Shown here: positions 29,286 to 38,429 of the stretch, piece after piece
How positions within the stretch are numbered: the stretch's first letter is position 1
Layout: the number at the start of each line of letters is the position of its first letter
IMG/VR virus record: IMGVR_UViG_3300008108_000013
DNA: 64,000 bases
Direction: 5' to 3' (one strand)
DNA from: a virus
Taxonomy: Duplodnaviria > Heunggongvirae > Uroviricota > Caudoviricetes
The notes under the pieces: generated by a model
Database searches by the model: none
What the model was told of the DNA's origin: nothing
Seen by the model: only the letters and a program-made list of their open reading frames with translations
Program-made: the position numbers and the translations under genes

Positions 29286-30533
29286 ATGGACTTGAAATCA
29301 TTAATTGAAAAAATGGATGAAATCGAGAGACTGTCTGAAGCACCTTCGGATACACTTGATGCATCATCAAAAATTGCCGCACAAATTAGAAAAGCAGTTA
29401 CAGGTCTAGGCACCGACGAGGAAGCAGTTTATGCGGCTATCGGCGATGTTAAAGATGCACGTCAGTGGCAAGAAATCAGAAGAATCTATCCAGAAGTTGA
29501 TGCAGATATTCTAGATGACTTTAGCGATGTATTTGGTGAATTAACTCATGTTAAAAACTTACTAGCTAAGATTGGTGTAAAACTAGGCGAACCTATTGAT
29601 CCTAAACTATTGCTAGATCCTGCTATTTTAGAAAAACTAAAAAAATTAGAAGGACTTATCGACAAATGGTTAGAGTTGAAAAAATCTTCAGCACAACCTG
29701 CACCAGTTCAAGAGTCGTCGTTAGCCTATTACATTGTTGAAAGCGTAACCAAACAAGATTTAACAGAGAATGTTATTGTTAAAGATCTAATGGAGAATTA
29801 TAATTACACCTTGCTCGAAGCGGCGGCAGCGGCTACTATGCAAGTTCCGGCGGCGCCGGCAACTGGTGTTTGGCAGTCACTTAAAGGCTTTGGCGGAAAA
29901 GTATTAAGCAAAGTAGCACTACCTGTTATGGTACTATGGGAAGCCTGGGACGCTTGGCAAGAAATTAAAGCTCTGCCAACAGACTTACCAGAAAGTCGCT
30001 ACAAAGCAGAAGTTTCTAAAATTGTTAGTCGGGTTGTTGCACAAGTTGGTTTATTCTGGGCCGGTGCTATTATCGGTGCGGCAATAGCAGGTGCTATTAC
30101 TGGACCAGGTGCGATAGTCGGATTCGTAGCTGGTGGAGTTGGCGGACTAGCGGCAAGCTATGCTCTAGGTGATGATGTTAATTCAATTGTTGATGCTATT
30201 GTTGAAAAAGTGTATCAAGCTACACAACAAGGAAAACCACCAGCAGGATCAAAAGTACAAAATACCGGTAAAGCAGGCGGAAAAAAAGTTGCAAAAGCAC
30301 AGCCTAGAAACTCAGATCCAGATGTAGCAGAATTACAAGCACAACTAAAAGCAGATGGATATAATCTAGGTACTACTGGCCCAGGCGGTGACGGTGTTGA
30401 TGGTGTGTTAGGCAAGTTAACTATTACTGCTATACAACAAGATCTAATCAAAGCTGGCGCTGAAATCCAAGTTACTGGAATTATAGACGAACCTACTAAA
30501 GCCGCTATACAACAATACTACATGAGTGCTTAA
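29286..30533 (+). CDS. Annexin-repeat / glycine-zipper / peptidoglycan-binding protein
   Basis: IRKAVTGLGTDEEAVY annexin motif, hydrophobic Gly-rich hairpin, C-terminal LQ..L...GY....VDG.LG..T..AI (PG_binding_1-like). Confidence 0.7.
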   Translation: MDLKSLIEKMDEIERLSEAPSDTLDASSKIAAQIRKAVTGLGTDEEAVYAAIGDVKDARQWQEIRRIYPEVDADILDDFSDVFGELTHVKNLLAKIGVKLGEPIDPKLLLDPAILEKLKKLEGLIDKWLELKKSSAQPAPVQESSLAYYIVESVTKQDLTENVIVKDLMENYNYTLLEAAAAATMQVPAAPATGVWQSLKGFGGKVLSKVALPVMVLWEAWDAWQEIKALPTDLPESRYKAEVSKIVSRVVAQVGLFWAGAIIGAAIAGAITGPGAIVGFVAGGVGGLAASYALGDDVNSIVDAIVEKVYQATQQGKPPAGSKVQNTGKAGGKKVAKAQPRNSDPDVAELQAQLKADGYNLGTTGPGGDGVDGVLGKLTITAIQQDLIKAGAEIQVTGIIDEPTKAAIQQYYMSA

Positions 30534-30543
30534 GGAAATATCG

Positions 30544-31644
30544 ATGAAAAATTTAAGAGATTATATTAACATTGTAGAAACAGACACATCAGTTTCCGAA
30601 GCTGCCAAAAAGAAAGCGGCAGATAAAGTATTTCAACAGATGGTTGGGCCAACTGCCGCACAAAGACTAGCCGCACAGTTACCGAGGGTAGCAAACATAA
30701 ATGGTCAGACTTGGGAAAAAGTAGGTAATAACTATCTTAATAGACAAACAAATAAAGTTATAAGCACAGACGATTTTGTAAAATTACAAAAATCTTCTGG
30801 AACTGCTACAACATCAACTGCTACACCAAACGCAAACTATAGACAAGGTAATTACGGACAAACAACATATAACGCACCAACTGCTGTTCCAAGAACTAAT
30901 ACAACTGCTCCTAATACAACCACACCAAGAACTAATACATCACCTAATACAACTGCTCCTAATACAACCACACCAAAGGCAGGAGAAGCACCAAAACCTG
31001 GAACAACACCTAAAGCTGGTGAAGCACCTAAAGCTGGTGAAGCACCTAAACCTGGAACAACACCTAAAGCTGGTGAAGCACCTAAACCTGGAACAACACC
31101 TAAAGCAAAACTATCACAACGGGGTGCTGTATTAAAAAGATTTGTGCAACGAAATCCAAAACTGGCGGCTGCACTTGGAATTGTTGCAGGAGTCGGGTTA
31201 TACAAGGCAGGTAGTGCTATATCTGATTTAGTTTCTGGTGATGATGAAACAGATCAAAGTGGTAAGCCGGAAGTAACAGCACCTGTTAATCCACCGACAA
31301 CTGGTCCTAATGTAGCACCTGCTCCAGCTCCAGCACCAGCTCCAGCACCTGCTCCAGCACCTGCTCAACCTTCAGAAGAAGATAAACTCAAAGCAGAGAT
31401 CGATGCGTTATTTAAAGAACTTGATCCTATTAAAGATGCACCGGTTCCAGATGAATTAAAACGACTACGTGACAAGTATCAAGGCGGAGCAGGATCCGCA
31501 GATAATGCAAACACAGTTTCACAAAGCGGAAAACCAGAAGGAAAGGCAACTTCAAGCTCTAGCAGATTAAGAGATGTATATACCGGTACTGGATTACAAA
31601 ATCGAGCAGAGCAAGACGCAAAAGCTGCCGAAAAAAAAAAGTAA
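30544..31644 (+). CDS. Repeat-rich protein with a single TM helix
   Basis: AAGGA RBS before ATG 30544. T/P/A repeats, LAAALGIVAGVGLY helix, AP repeats. Confidence 0.7.
   Translation: MKNLRDYINIVETDTSVSEAAKKKAADKVFQQMVGPTAAQRLAAQLPRVANINGQTWEKVGNNYLNRQTNKVISTDDFVKLQKSSGTATTSTATPNANYRQGNYGQTTYNAPTAVPRTNTTAPNTTTPRTNTSPNTTAPNTTTPKAGEAPKPGTTPKAGEAPKAGEAPKPGTTPKAGEAPKPGTTPKAKLSQRGAVLKRFVQRNPKLAAALGIVAGVGLYKAGSAISDLVSGDDETDQSGKPEVTAPVNPPTTGPNVAPAPAPAPAPAPAPAPAQPSEEDKLKAEIDALFKELDPIKDAPVPDELKRLRDKYQGGAGSADNANTVSQSGKPEGKATSSSSRLRDVYTGTGLQNRAEQDAKAAEKKK
30898..31105 (+). repeat. Coding tandem repeats TAPNTTTP and KAGEAPKPGTTP
   Basis: Near-identical 36-nt units such as CCTAAAGCTGGTGAAGCACCTAAACCTGGAACAACA. 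Confidence 0.85.
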
Positions 31645-31871
31645 CAGCTAATAATCCTACCGCTAGTACTACCGCTAAAACTCCAGTACAGCTAACAGCA
31701 AAAGAAAGATCTGATATAGATATGGCCTTTCAATATCCAAGTCTAGCAAAAGGCGAAGTTAAGAAAGCATATGATAATGCTACTCCAGAAAAACGTGCCG
31801 CAGTAAAAGCATATTTGGACAGTAAGGGGTACGATGCTAAAAAAACATTCGGTATAGATTTTTCAGCATAA
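31641..31871 (+). CDS. 76-codon open frame in the -1 frame of the preceding gene (frameshift extension or homopolymer error)
   Basis: Follows the A10 run at 31631-31640. Reads VTANNPTAST...FGIDFSA and stops just before a terminator. Confidence 0.6.
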   Translation, partial: VTANNPTASTTAKTPVQLTAKERSDIDMAFQYPSLAKGEVKKAYDNATPEKRAAVKAYLDSKGYDAKKTFGIDFSA

Positions 31872-31873
31872 AC

Positions 31874-31902
31874 AAAACGGCAAATTTATTTTGCCGTTTT
31901 TT
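31874..31902 (+). terminator. Intrinsic terminator
   Basis: AAAACGGCAAA-TTTAT-TTTGCCGTTTT followed by additional T. Confidence 0.85.
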
Positions 31903-31912
31903 AATTCCTCTC

Positions 31913-31941
31913 TTGATTTATAAACATAAGTATAGTACAAT
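31913..31941 (+). promoter_or_regulatory. Sigma70-type promoter
   Basis: TTGATT-N17-TACAAT. Confidence 0.65.
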
Positions 31942-31965
31942 AGGCATATTATTAAGGAGATTTAA

Positions 31966-32223
31966 ATGGCTGGTCGCAATTACGGAGCAGAAGAAAAGGC
32001 TAAATTGGAACGCTTAATTAGTGAAGGTTCTACAGTACTACGTGAAATTGAAGATTTACAAGAAGGCTTAAAAGAAACGGTCAAGGCAGTTGCAGAAGAA
32101 TTACAAGTAAAACCCAGCGTCATTAACAAGGCAATTAAAATCGCGCATAAAGGCGATTGGAGTGCTTATAATGAAGATTGGCAAGAAATTGAAGCTATCC
32201 TAGATATTACAAAACGTATCTAA
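31966..32223 (+). CDS. Small dsDNA-binding protein (T4 DsbA-like)
   Basis: Helical IE...E.LKE..KAV.EEL.VKP..INK.IK pattern. AAGGAG RBS, next to the polymerase. Confidence 0.6.
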   Translation: MAGRNYGAEEKAKLERLISEGSTVLREIEDLQEGLKETVKAVAEELQVKPSVINKAIKIAHKGDWSAYNEDWQEIEAILDITKRI

Positions 32224-32246
32224 GATCTGTTATAATATAAAGGCAA

Positions 32247-32294
32247 GGCAGGCCATAATCTGCCACAATAGGTATTTGCGAGCCATAAATCGCA
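32247..32294 (+). promoter_or_regulatory. Twin-hairpin leader of the DNA polymerase gene
   Basis: GGCAG-GCCATAAT-CTGCC and TGCGA-GCCATAAA-TCGCA, after an extended -10 TGTTATAAT (32228-32236). Confidence 0.65.
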
Positions 32295-32309
32295 TAGGAG
32301 AAAAAGACT

Positions 32310-34976
32310 TTGAGTTATGTTGACGCATGGTTCGACCGTGATAATGATATTATCAAGATTGTCGAACGAAACAAAAAAGGCGAAAGAGAATTTAGAGATT
32401 TTCCAGTACGCCATACATTCTACGTAAAAGATCCTAAGGGCAAACATTCATCTATCTATGGTGACCCAGTAACTAGGATCGTTTGTAAAAATACCAAAGA
32501 ACTTCGCAAAGAAATGGCCATTAACAGTGGCAAACAACTTTACGAAAGTGATATCAATCCAATCTTTGTCTGTTTAAGTGAAAACTTCCTTAACGCTGAC
32601 GCACCTAAACTAAACGCCGCATTCTTCGATATTGAGGTAGACTTTGATCCAGAACGTGGTTACGCAAGTCCAGATGATGCGTTCATGCCAATTACTGCGA
32701 TTGCAGTCCACTTACAATGGTTGGATACTATGATCTGTTTGGCTATACCTCCTAAAACTATGACTATGGAAGAAGCCAAGGAAGCAGTTAAAGAGTTTCC
32801 TAACACTATGTTGTTTGATAACGAAGCAGATTTACTTAATACATTCTTAGATCTAATTCAAGAAGCCGATGTAGTATCCGGTTGGAACTCAGAAGGATTT
32901 GATATTCCATATACGGTAAACCGTGTAACTAAAGTATTGTCAAAAGAAGATACACGCAGATTCTGTCTGTTTGATCAGTTTCCTCGAAAAAGAGAATATG
33001 AAAAATTTGGTAGACAGGCTGTAACATTTGATTTCGTTGGTCGAGTACATATGGACTATCTCGAACTTTATAGGAAATATACATATGAAGAAAGACACTC
33101 CTATCGATTGGATGCCATCGCGGAATACGAACTTGGTGAAAGAAAAACACAGTACGAAGGAACGTTGGACCAACTATACAACAATGACTTTAAAACATTT
33201 GTGGAATACAACAGACAAGACTGCGCTCTCTTGGACAGACTCGATAAAAAACTAAAGTTCTTAGATTTAGCCAACACGCTGGCACACGAAAACACAGTAT
33301 TGTTACAAACAACAATGGGTGCTGTTGCTGTAACTGAACAGGCTATTATTAATGAAGCACATCGCAGAGGATTTGTTGTTCCTAATCGTCCTAAGATGGA
33401 TGATCGAGAAGATACTGCGGCAGCAGGTGCGTATGTTGCTTATCCTAAAGAAGGACTACAAGACTGGGTTGGTTCGCTGGATATCAACAGTCTGTATCCG
33501 TCGGCTATTCGCGCCCTCAACATGGGTCCGGAAACTATCATAGGACAACTAAGACAAGACAAGACTAAAGACTTCATTGAAAGCCAGATGGCCAAGGGAA
33601 AATCATTTGCGGCGTCATGGGAAGGAAAATTCGGTTCTGAAGAATACGAAGCTGTAATGAATCAAGAAATTGGTACAGATATTACTATCGATTGGGAAGA
33701 TGGTTCAAGCGATGTACTAAGTGCCGCTGAAGTATATCGATTAATATTCGAAAGCAATCAACCTTGGATGATTTCAGCTAACGGTACTATCTTTACCTAT
33801 GACAAAGAAGGTATCATTCCAGGACTACTAAAACGTTGGTATGCTGAACGTAAAGAGATGCAGGCCAAATTAAAAGAAGCAATCAAAGCAGAAAACAAAG
33901 TTGAAGAAGAGTATTGGGATAAACGTCAGTTGGTTAAGAAGATTAATCTTAACAGTCTTTATGGCGCTATTCTTAATCCTGGCTGTAGATTTTTCGATAA
34001 GCGTATTGGTCAATCGACTACACTCACTGGACGACAAATTGCCAAGCACATGGCTGGTAAAGTAAATGAGATTATTGCTGGCGAATACAACCATGTGGGC
34101 AAAGCAATCATCTACGGTGATACAGATTCTTGTTACTTCAGTGCTTACAAGACTCTTAAGAAAGACATTGATAGCGGCTCTATTCCATGGACTAAAGAAA
34201 CAGTAGTTGCACTATATGATCAAATTGGTGAGGAAGTAAACGCTACGTTCCAACAATTCATGCTAGATGCTTTCCACTGTCCTAAGAGCCGAGGTGAAGT
34301 TATTAAAGCTGGTAGAGAGATCGTAGGTTCAAAAGCTCTGTTTATCACAAAGAAACGCTACGCAGTACTTTACTACGACAAAGAAGGCAAACGTGCAGAC
34401 GTAGAAGGTAAGCCAGGTAAGATCAAAGCGATGGGACTGGATCTTAAACGCTCGGACACACCTGAATTTATTCAAAACTTCCTTAGTGATATTTTAGAAA
34501 AGGTACTAACTGGTGCTACTGAAGAAGAAGTATTAGACCATATTACTCATTTCCGTACAGCTTTTAAAGCAAGACCAGGTTGGGAGAAAGGATCTCCTAA
34601 ACGTGCTAATAATATCACTGAATACGAAGCCAAAGAAAAGAAAGCAGGCAAGGCAAATATGCCTGGTCACGTTCGTGCAAGTATAAATTGGAATACACTA
34701 AAACGCATGTACGGTGACAAGTATTCTATGGGTATTACAGATGGACAGAAAGTAATTGTCTGCAAACTTAAACAAAACCCGTTGGGCTTTACTAGTGTTG
34801 CATATCCTGTCGATGAATTACGATTACCACAATGGTTTAAAGACTTGCCGTTTGATCACGATGAAATGGAAGCAACTATTATCGATAACAAATTAGAAAA
34901 CTTGATTGGTGTTCTGAATTGGGATATTAAATCAACAGAGGAGAAGAACACGTTTAACAGCCTGTTCGAGTTTTAA
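32310..34976 (+). CDS. Family B DNA polymerase (T4 gp43-like)
   Basis: Exo motifs DIEVD, GWNSEGFD, YNRQD. Pol motifs DINSLYPS, KINLNSLYG, YGDTDS. TTG start. Confidence 0.97.
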   Translation: MSYVDAWFDRDNDIIKIVERNKKGEREFRDFPVRHTFYVKDPKGKHSSIYGDPVTRIVCKNTKELRKEMAINSGKQLYESDINPIFVCLSENFLNADAPKLNAAFFDIEVDFDPERGYASPDDAFMPITAIAVHLQWLDTMICLAIPPKTMTMEEAKEAVKEFPNTMLFDNEADLLNTFLDLIQEADVVSGWNSEGFDIPYTVNRVTKVLSKEDTRRFCLFDQFPRKREYEKFGRQAVTFDFVGRVHMDYLELYRKYTYEERHSYRLDAIAEYELGERKTQYEGTLDQLYNNDFKTFVEYNRQDCALLDRLDKKLKFLDLANTLAHENTVLLQTTMGAVAVTEQAIINEAHRRGFVVPNRPKMDDREDTAAAGAYVAYPKEGLQDWVGSLDINSLYPSAIRALNMGPETIIGQLRQDKTKDFIESQMAKGKSFAASWEGKFGSEEYEAVMNQEIGTDITIDWEDGSSDVLSAAEVYRLIFESNQPWMISANGTIFTYDKEGIIPGLLKRWYAERKEMQAKLKEAIKAENKVEEEYWDKRQLVKKINLNSLYGAILNPGCRFFDKRIGQSTTLTGRQIAKHMAGKVNEIIAGEYNHVGKAIIYGDTDSCYFSAYKTLKKDIDSGSIPWTKETVVALYDQIGEEVNATFQQFMLDAFHCPKSRGEVIKAGREIVGSKALFITKKRYAVLYYDKEGKRADVEGKPGKIKAMGLDLKRSDTPEFIQNFLSDILEKVLTGATEEEVLDHITHFRTAFKARPGWEKGSPKRANNITEYEAKEKKAGKANMPGHVRASINWNTLKRMYGDKYSMGITDGQKVIVCKLKQNPLGFTSVAYPVDELRLPQWFKDLPFDHDEMEATIIDNKLENLIGVLNWDIKSTEEKNTFNSLFEF

Positions 34977-34977
34977 T

Positions 34978-35751
34978 ATGAAGATAATCATTGTCGGGTA
35001 TGGATTTGTAGGTAAAGCAGTTGCTAATGCTTTCAAGGATAAACACGAAATCGTAATCCAGGATCCACAATATACCGACTACAAACTAATGGATCATTTA
35101 GATGCAGATGGCATTATTATCTGTGTGCCAACTCCTACGACTGATAGAGGCATTTGTGATGCTAGTATTATTGCAGATATACTCGACTCAGTTCCTATCT
35201 ATATGCCAGTATTAATCAAGAGTACAGTAACTCCTGCTATTGTCCAAGGATTCGATGAAATATATCCTAATCATAGTATTTGTTATAGTCCAGAGTTTCT
35301 AAGAGCTAAAACTGCTAACGAAGATTTCCTAAATCAAAAATATGTTGTCATCGGTGGTGAAGATCCTGAATACTTTTGGCAAGAGCTATTTCAAAGTTCT
35401 CTACCAAACTGTAAAATGATTTTAAATTGCACACCAGATGAAGCATGTTTAGTCAAATATGCTACAAACAGTTTCCTAGCATTAAAAACTGGCTTTTTTA
35501 ATCAAATATATGATATATGCAACAAGACCGGATTAGATTTTGAAGCTGTTAGGCATATTATCTCTCAAGATAAGCGTATAGGTCCAGACCATACAATGGT
35601 TCCAGGGCCTGACGGATATCGTGGCTGGGGAGGTCATTGTTTCCCTAAAGACACAGAAGCATTTATTCAATGGACTAACACTATAGGTGCGCCAAGTAGT
35701 TTGGTAGAATCAGCCGTTGAATATAACAAAAAAGTAAGAAATGAGCATTGA
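34978..35751 (+). CDS. UDP-glucose/GDP-mannose dehydrogenase family protein, lacking the C-terminal domain
   Basis: GYGFVG, CVPTP, KSTV, SPEFLR, KYATNSFLA and GGHCFPKD motifs. Confidence 0.88.
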   Translation: MKIIIVGYGFVGKAVANAFKDKHEIVIQDPQYTDYKLMDHLDADGIIICVPTPTTDRGICDASIIADILDSVPIYMPVLIKSTVTPAIVQGFDEIYPNHSICYSPEFLRAKTANEDFLNQKYVVIGGEDPEYFWQELFQSSLPNCKMILNCTPDEACLVKYATNSFLALKTGFFNQIYDICNKTGLDFEAVRHIISQDKRIGPDHTMVPGPDGYRGWGGHCFPKDTEAFIQWTNTIGAPSSLVESAVEYNKKVRNEH

Positions 35752-35776
35752 CTTTTACCAAAAACCTAAATATAAT
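35748..35776 (+). promoter_or_regulatory. Sigma70-type promoter with an embedded TAAATA
   Basis: TTGACT-N17-TATAAT. CCTAAATA overlaps the spacer and -10. Confidence 0.7.
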
Positions 35777-35796
35777 CATTAAACATGGAGAACATT

Positions 35797-36528
35797 ATGA
35801 AAGATATTTTACAAGACCTAGTAGCACATACTCACAGTCTAGGATTTATTCCCCTAGTTAAAGTTTCGTCTACTGGAACTGATACAGAAATCGAAGCAAT
35901 GGCAGAAGATCGATCTGTTATTGTTAACGCAAAGACTAAAACGCCTGTTGCAGAATTTACTGGCGTATTCGGTATGCCTAATCTAAATAAACTAGACATT
36001 CACCTTAAGTGCCCAGAGTACAAAGAAAAAGCAAAAATCAGTGTAGTCACTGCTGAACGTAACGGCGACACTATTCCAACAGGTCTACATTTTGAAAACG
36101 AAACAGGCGACTTTGAAAATGACTATCGTTTTATGAATACAGAGATCATTAACGAAAAATTAAAGTCAGTAAAGTTTAAAGGTGCTAAATGGGATATTGA
36201 ATTTCAACCTAGCGTCACTAGTATTCAAAAATTAAAATTCCAAGCTAATGCTAATTCGGAAGAAACAGTTTTTAAAGTTGAAACTAAAGGTGACAATTTA
36301 GTGTTCAGCTTTGGTGACGCAAGTACACACGCAGGCGAATTTGTATTCCAGCAAGGCGTTGTAGGTAAACTAAAACAAGTTTGGTCGTGGCCTGTTGTAC
36401 AAGTTATGAGTATTCTTAATTTACCCGGTGACATCACTATGAAGATCGCAGACGTTGGTGCAATGATGATCACAGTTGATAGCGGTATTGCTAGCTACGA
36501 TTATATTCTACCGGCACAAAGCAAATAA
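35797..36528 (+). CDS. Probable sliding clamp (gp45-like)
   Basis: About 245 aa, two-domain alpha/beta pattern, near PolB with a clamp loader in the window. GGAG RBS. No diagnostic motif. Confidence 0.55.
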   Translation: MKDILQDLVAHTHSLGFIPLVKVSSTGTDTEIEAMAEDRSVIVNAKTKTPVAEFTGVFGMPNLNKLDIHLKCPEYKEKAKISVVTAERNGDTIPTGLHFENETGDFENDYRFMNTEIINEKLKSVKFKGAKWDIEFQPSVTSIQKLKFQANANSEETVFKVETKGDNLVFSFGDASTHAGEFVFQQGVVGKLKQVWSWPVVQVMSILNLPGDITMKIADVGAMMITVDSGIASYDYILPAQSK

Positions 36529-36731
36529 TGGAAACAAAACAAAGAACAATTACAAGAATGATAACATATAGAATAACCGCTTGGTTATTCACTATAGTAT
36601 GGACTTACTTGTTTACTGGTGATGTAGGAAGTGCCACTGGATTTGCTACGGCACTACATATTCTGTTAAGTATCGACTACTACATACACGAAAGAATTTG
36701 GTTAAAAATAAAGTGGGGCAGAATTGAATAA
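36528..36731 (+). CDS. DUF2061-like small membrane protein
   Basis: ET..RT..R.ITYRI...YYIHERIW.KIKWG pattern. Confidence 0.7.
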   Translation: METKQRTITRMITYRITAWLFTIVWTYLFTGDVGSATGFATALHILLSIDYYIHERIWLKIKWGRIE

Positions 36732-38172
36732 GAATTTAACAGCAACACAAAGCGATTACGCAATATTTTTACCGGCTACATCTGGTTTCTATGCTACATT
36801 TATAGGAAAACAACGTTCTATGGGTAATTATGTTGATCCTGCACGTATTCCTAAAAGTTTTACTAGCGGTGTAGAAAGTCTAAATTATCTAGAGCCGGAT
36901 GCAGGTGCATTTTACTATAAATGGTGCTTGTATTCAGCAGGTCATGCGAACCTTGATCTTAACAAACAAGACGACGGTGAAGGTATGTTCCGTAATAGAG
37001 ATCGTAGTACTAGTTGGGTGTTAGGCGATTCAGGCGGTTTTCAGATCGGTAAAGGTGTTTGGGAAGCTGACTGGAAGAATCCTCACTGTCCGAAAGCCGC
37101 TAAAAAACGCAAACAGGTTCTTGATTGGATGGATGCACTCATGGATTATGGCATGTGTCTAGATATCCCAGCATGGGTTGCTCGTAGTCCGGCGGGACAA
37201 AAAGCCACAGGTATTACTAGCTATGCAGAAGCAGTACAAGGTACTTATATCAATAATGACTATTTTGTTAACAATCGCAACGGTAACTGTAAGTTTTTAA
37301 ATGTTCTCCAAGGCGAAAACCATGCAGACGCCGACGACTGGTACGATCGTATGAAAAAATACTGCGATACCAAGATCTATGGTGATCGTGCATTTAATGG
37401 TTGGGCTATGGGTGGACAGAATATGTGCGATATCCACCTTGTGTTAAAAAGATTAGTGGCTCTACGTCACGACGGATTACTAGAAAAGGGACAGCATGAC
37501 TGGATGCACTTCCTTGGAACTAGTAAATTAGAGTGGGCAACTCTGCTCACAGACATTCAACGTGCTGTAAGGAAATATCATAATGAAAACTTTACCATAT
37601 CTTTTGACTGCGCCTCACCGTTTTTGGCAACAGCAAACGGACAAATCTACATCCAAAGAATCTTCTCAAACTTCCAATCGAGTCCACTTATTGACCAAGT
37701 TGAAATAAAAGATATATGTATCTACAGGCCTGGTGACCTAAATAAGATAGGCAAAGAAGGCAAAACATCTTGGGATAGTTTTAGTTATGCTATACAAATG
37801 GGCCATAATGTTTGGATGCATTGTAATAGTGTACAGGAAGCCAATCGCCAATATGATGCAGGCAAGGTTCCAGCTATGTTAGTCCAAGAAAGATTCAATA
37901 GAATATATTTCAAAGATGTAGTCGAGGCTATCTTTGCAACAAGTAGTCGCGGTGAAGCTGAAGAAATTATTGAAGATTTTGATAAGTTTTGGCAAAGTAT
38001 TATTGGTACTCGAGGTGCAACAGGTAAGAAAACAGTTAATGCAAGCACTCAGTTTGCCGTTTTGTTTGACGAAGTAGCACCTGAGCCTGTACAATCAATA
38101 CACGACGATGGCGAATTTACAGAAGACGAAGAAGCCAAATTGGATCAACTTGAAGATGAAGTAAAACAATGA
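36724..38172 (+). CDS. TGT-fold guanine transglycosylase (DpdA-like)
   Basis: LGDSGGFQI, CLDIP, LNVLQG, GWAMGG, HFLGTS and SFDCAS motifs. folE and queE nearby. Confidence 0.8.
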   Translation: MNKNLTATQSDYAIFLPATSGFYATFIGKQRSMGNYVDPARIPKSFTSGVESLNYLEPDAGAFYYKWCLYSAGHANLDLNKQDDGEGMFRNRDRSTSWVLGDSGGFQIGKGVWEADWKNPHCPKAAKKRKQVLDWMDALMDYGMCLDIPAWVARSPAGQKATGITSYAEAVQGTYINNDYFVNNRNGNCKFLNVLQGENHADADDWYDRMKKYCDTKIYGDRAFNGWAMGGQNMCDIHLVLKRLVALRHDGLLEKGQHDWMHFLGTSKLEWATLLTDIQRAVRKYHNENFTISFDCASPFLATANGQIYIQRIFSNFQSSPLIDQVEIKDICIYRPGDLNKIGKEGKTSWDSFSYAIQMGHNVWMHCNSVQEANRQYDAGKVPAMLVQERFNRIYFKDVVEAIFATSSRGEAEEIIEDFDKFWQSIIGTRGATGKKTVNASTQFAVLFDEVAPEPVQSIHDDGEFTEDEEAKLDQLEDEVKQ

Positions 38173-38429
38173 CATTACCAGACGAAAGATATCGTGCAGT
38201 TAGAATGGCTAGACAGTTTTTGTTAGAGTTATGTGATTCAAACAAAACTCCTAGAATCCCGTCTATCATACGAAATCAAGCAAGAGGTATCCTTCGTCAT
38301 TACCCGAGTGACTGGGATATGGAACGTGCTTGTGAGGGTGCACCGGATGTTTTTCAGACACAGATGGAAGCAGTATCTAGGCTTATAAAACAATACGAAG
38401 ATTCAAAGACAAATAAAAATGAAACGTGA
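38169..38429 (+). CDS. Hypothetical protein
   Basis: 86-aa ORF with ATGA coupling. Confidence 0.65.
   Translation: MTLPDERYRAVRMARQFLLELCDSNKTPRIPSIIRNQARGILRHYPSDWDMERACEGAPDVFQTQMEAVSRLIKQYEDSKTNKNET

Noticed and set aside
30898-31105. 36-nt direct repeats resembling a CRISPR array
   Set aside because: The units are contiguous with no unique spacers and are in-frame coding repeats (KAGEAPKPGTTP)
32310-34976. Intein or intron in the polymerase (thyX and clamp loader also checked)
   Set aside because: Lengths are normal, catalytic motifs are uninterrupted, and no intein termini are present
37620-37700. Possible in-frame deletion in the DpdA-like gene near QIYIQ-RIFSNF
   Set aside because: Based only on unverified recollection of longer homologs. 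An alignment is needed, so it is not claimed
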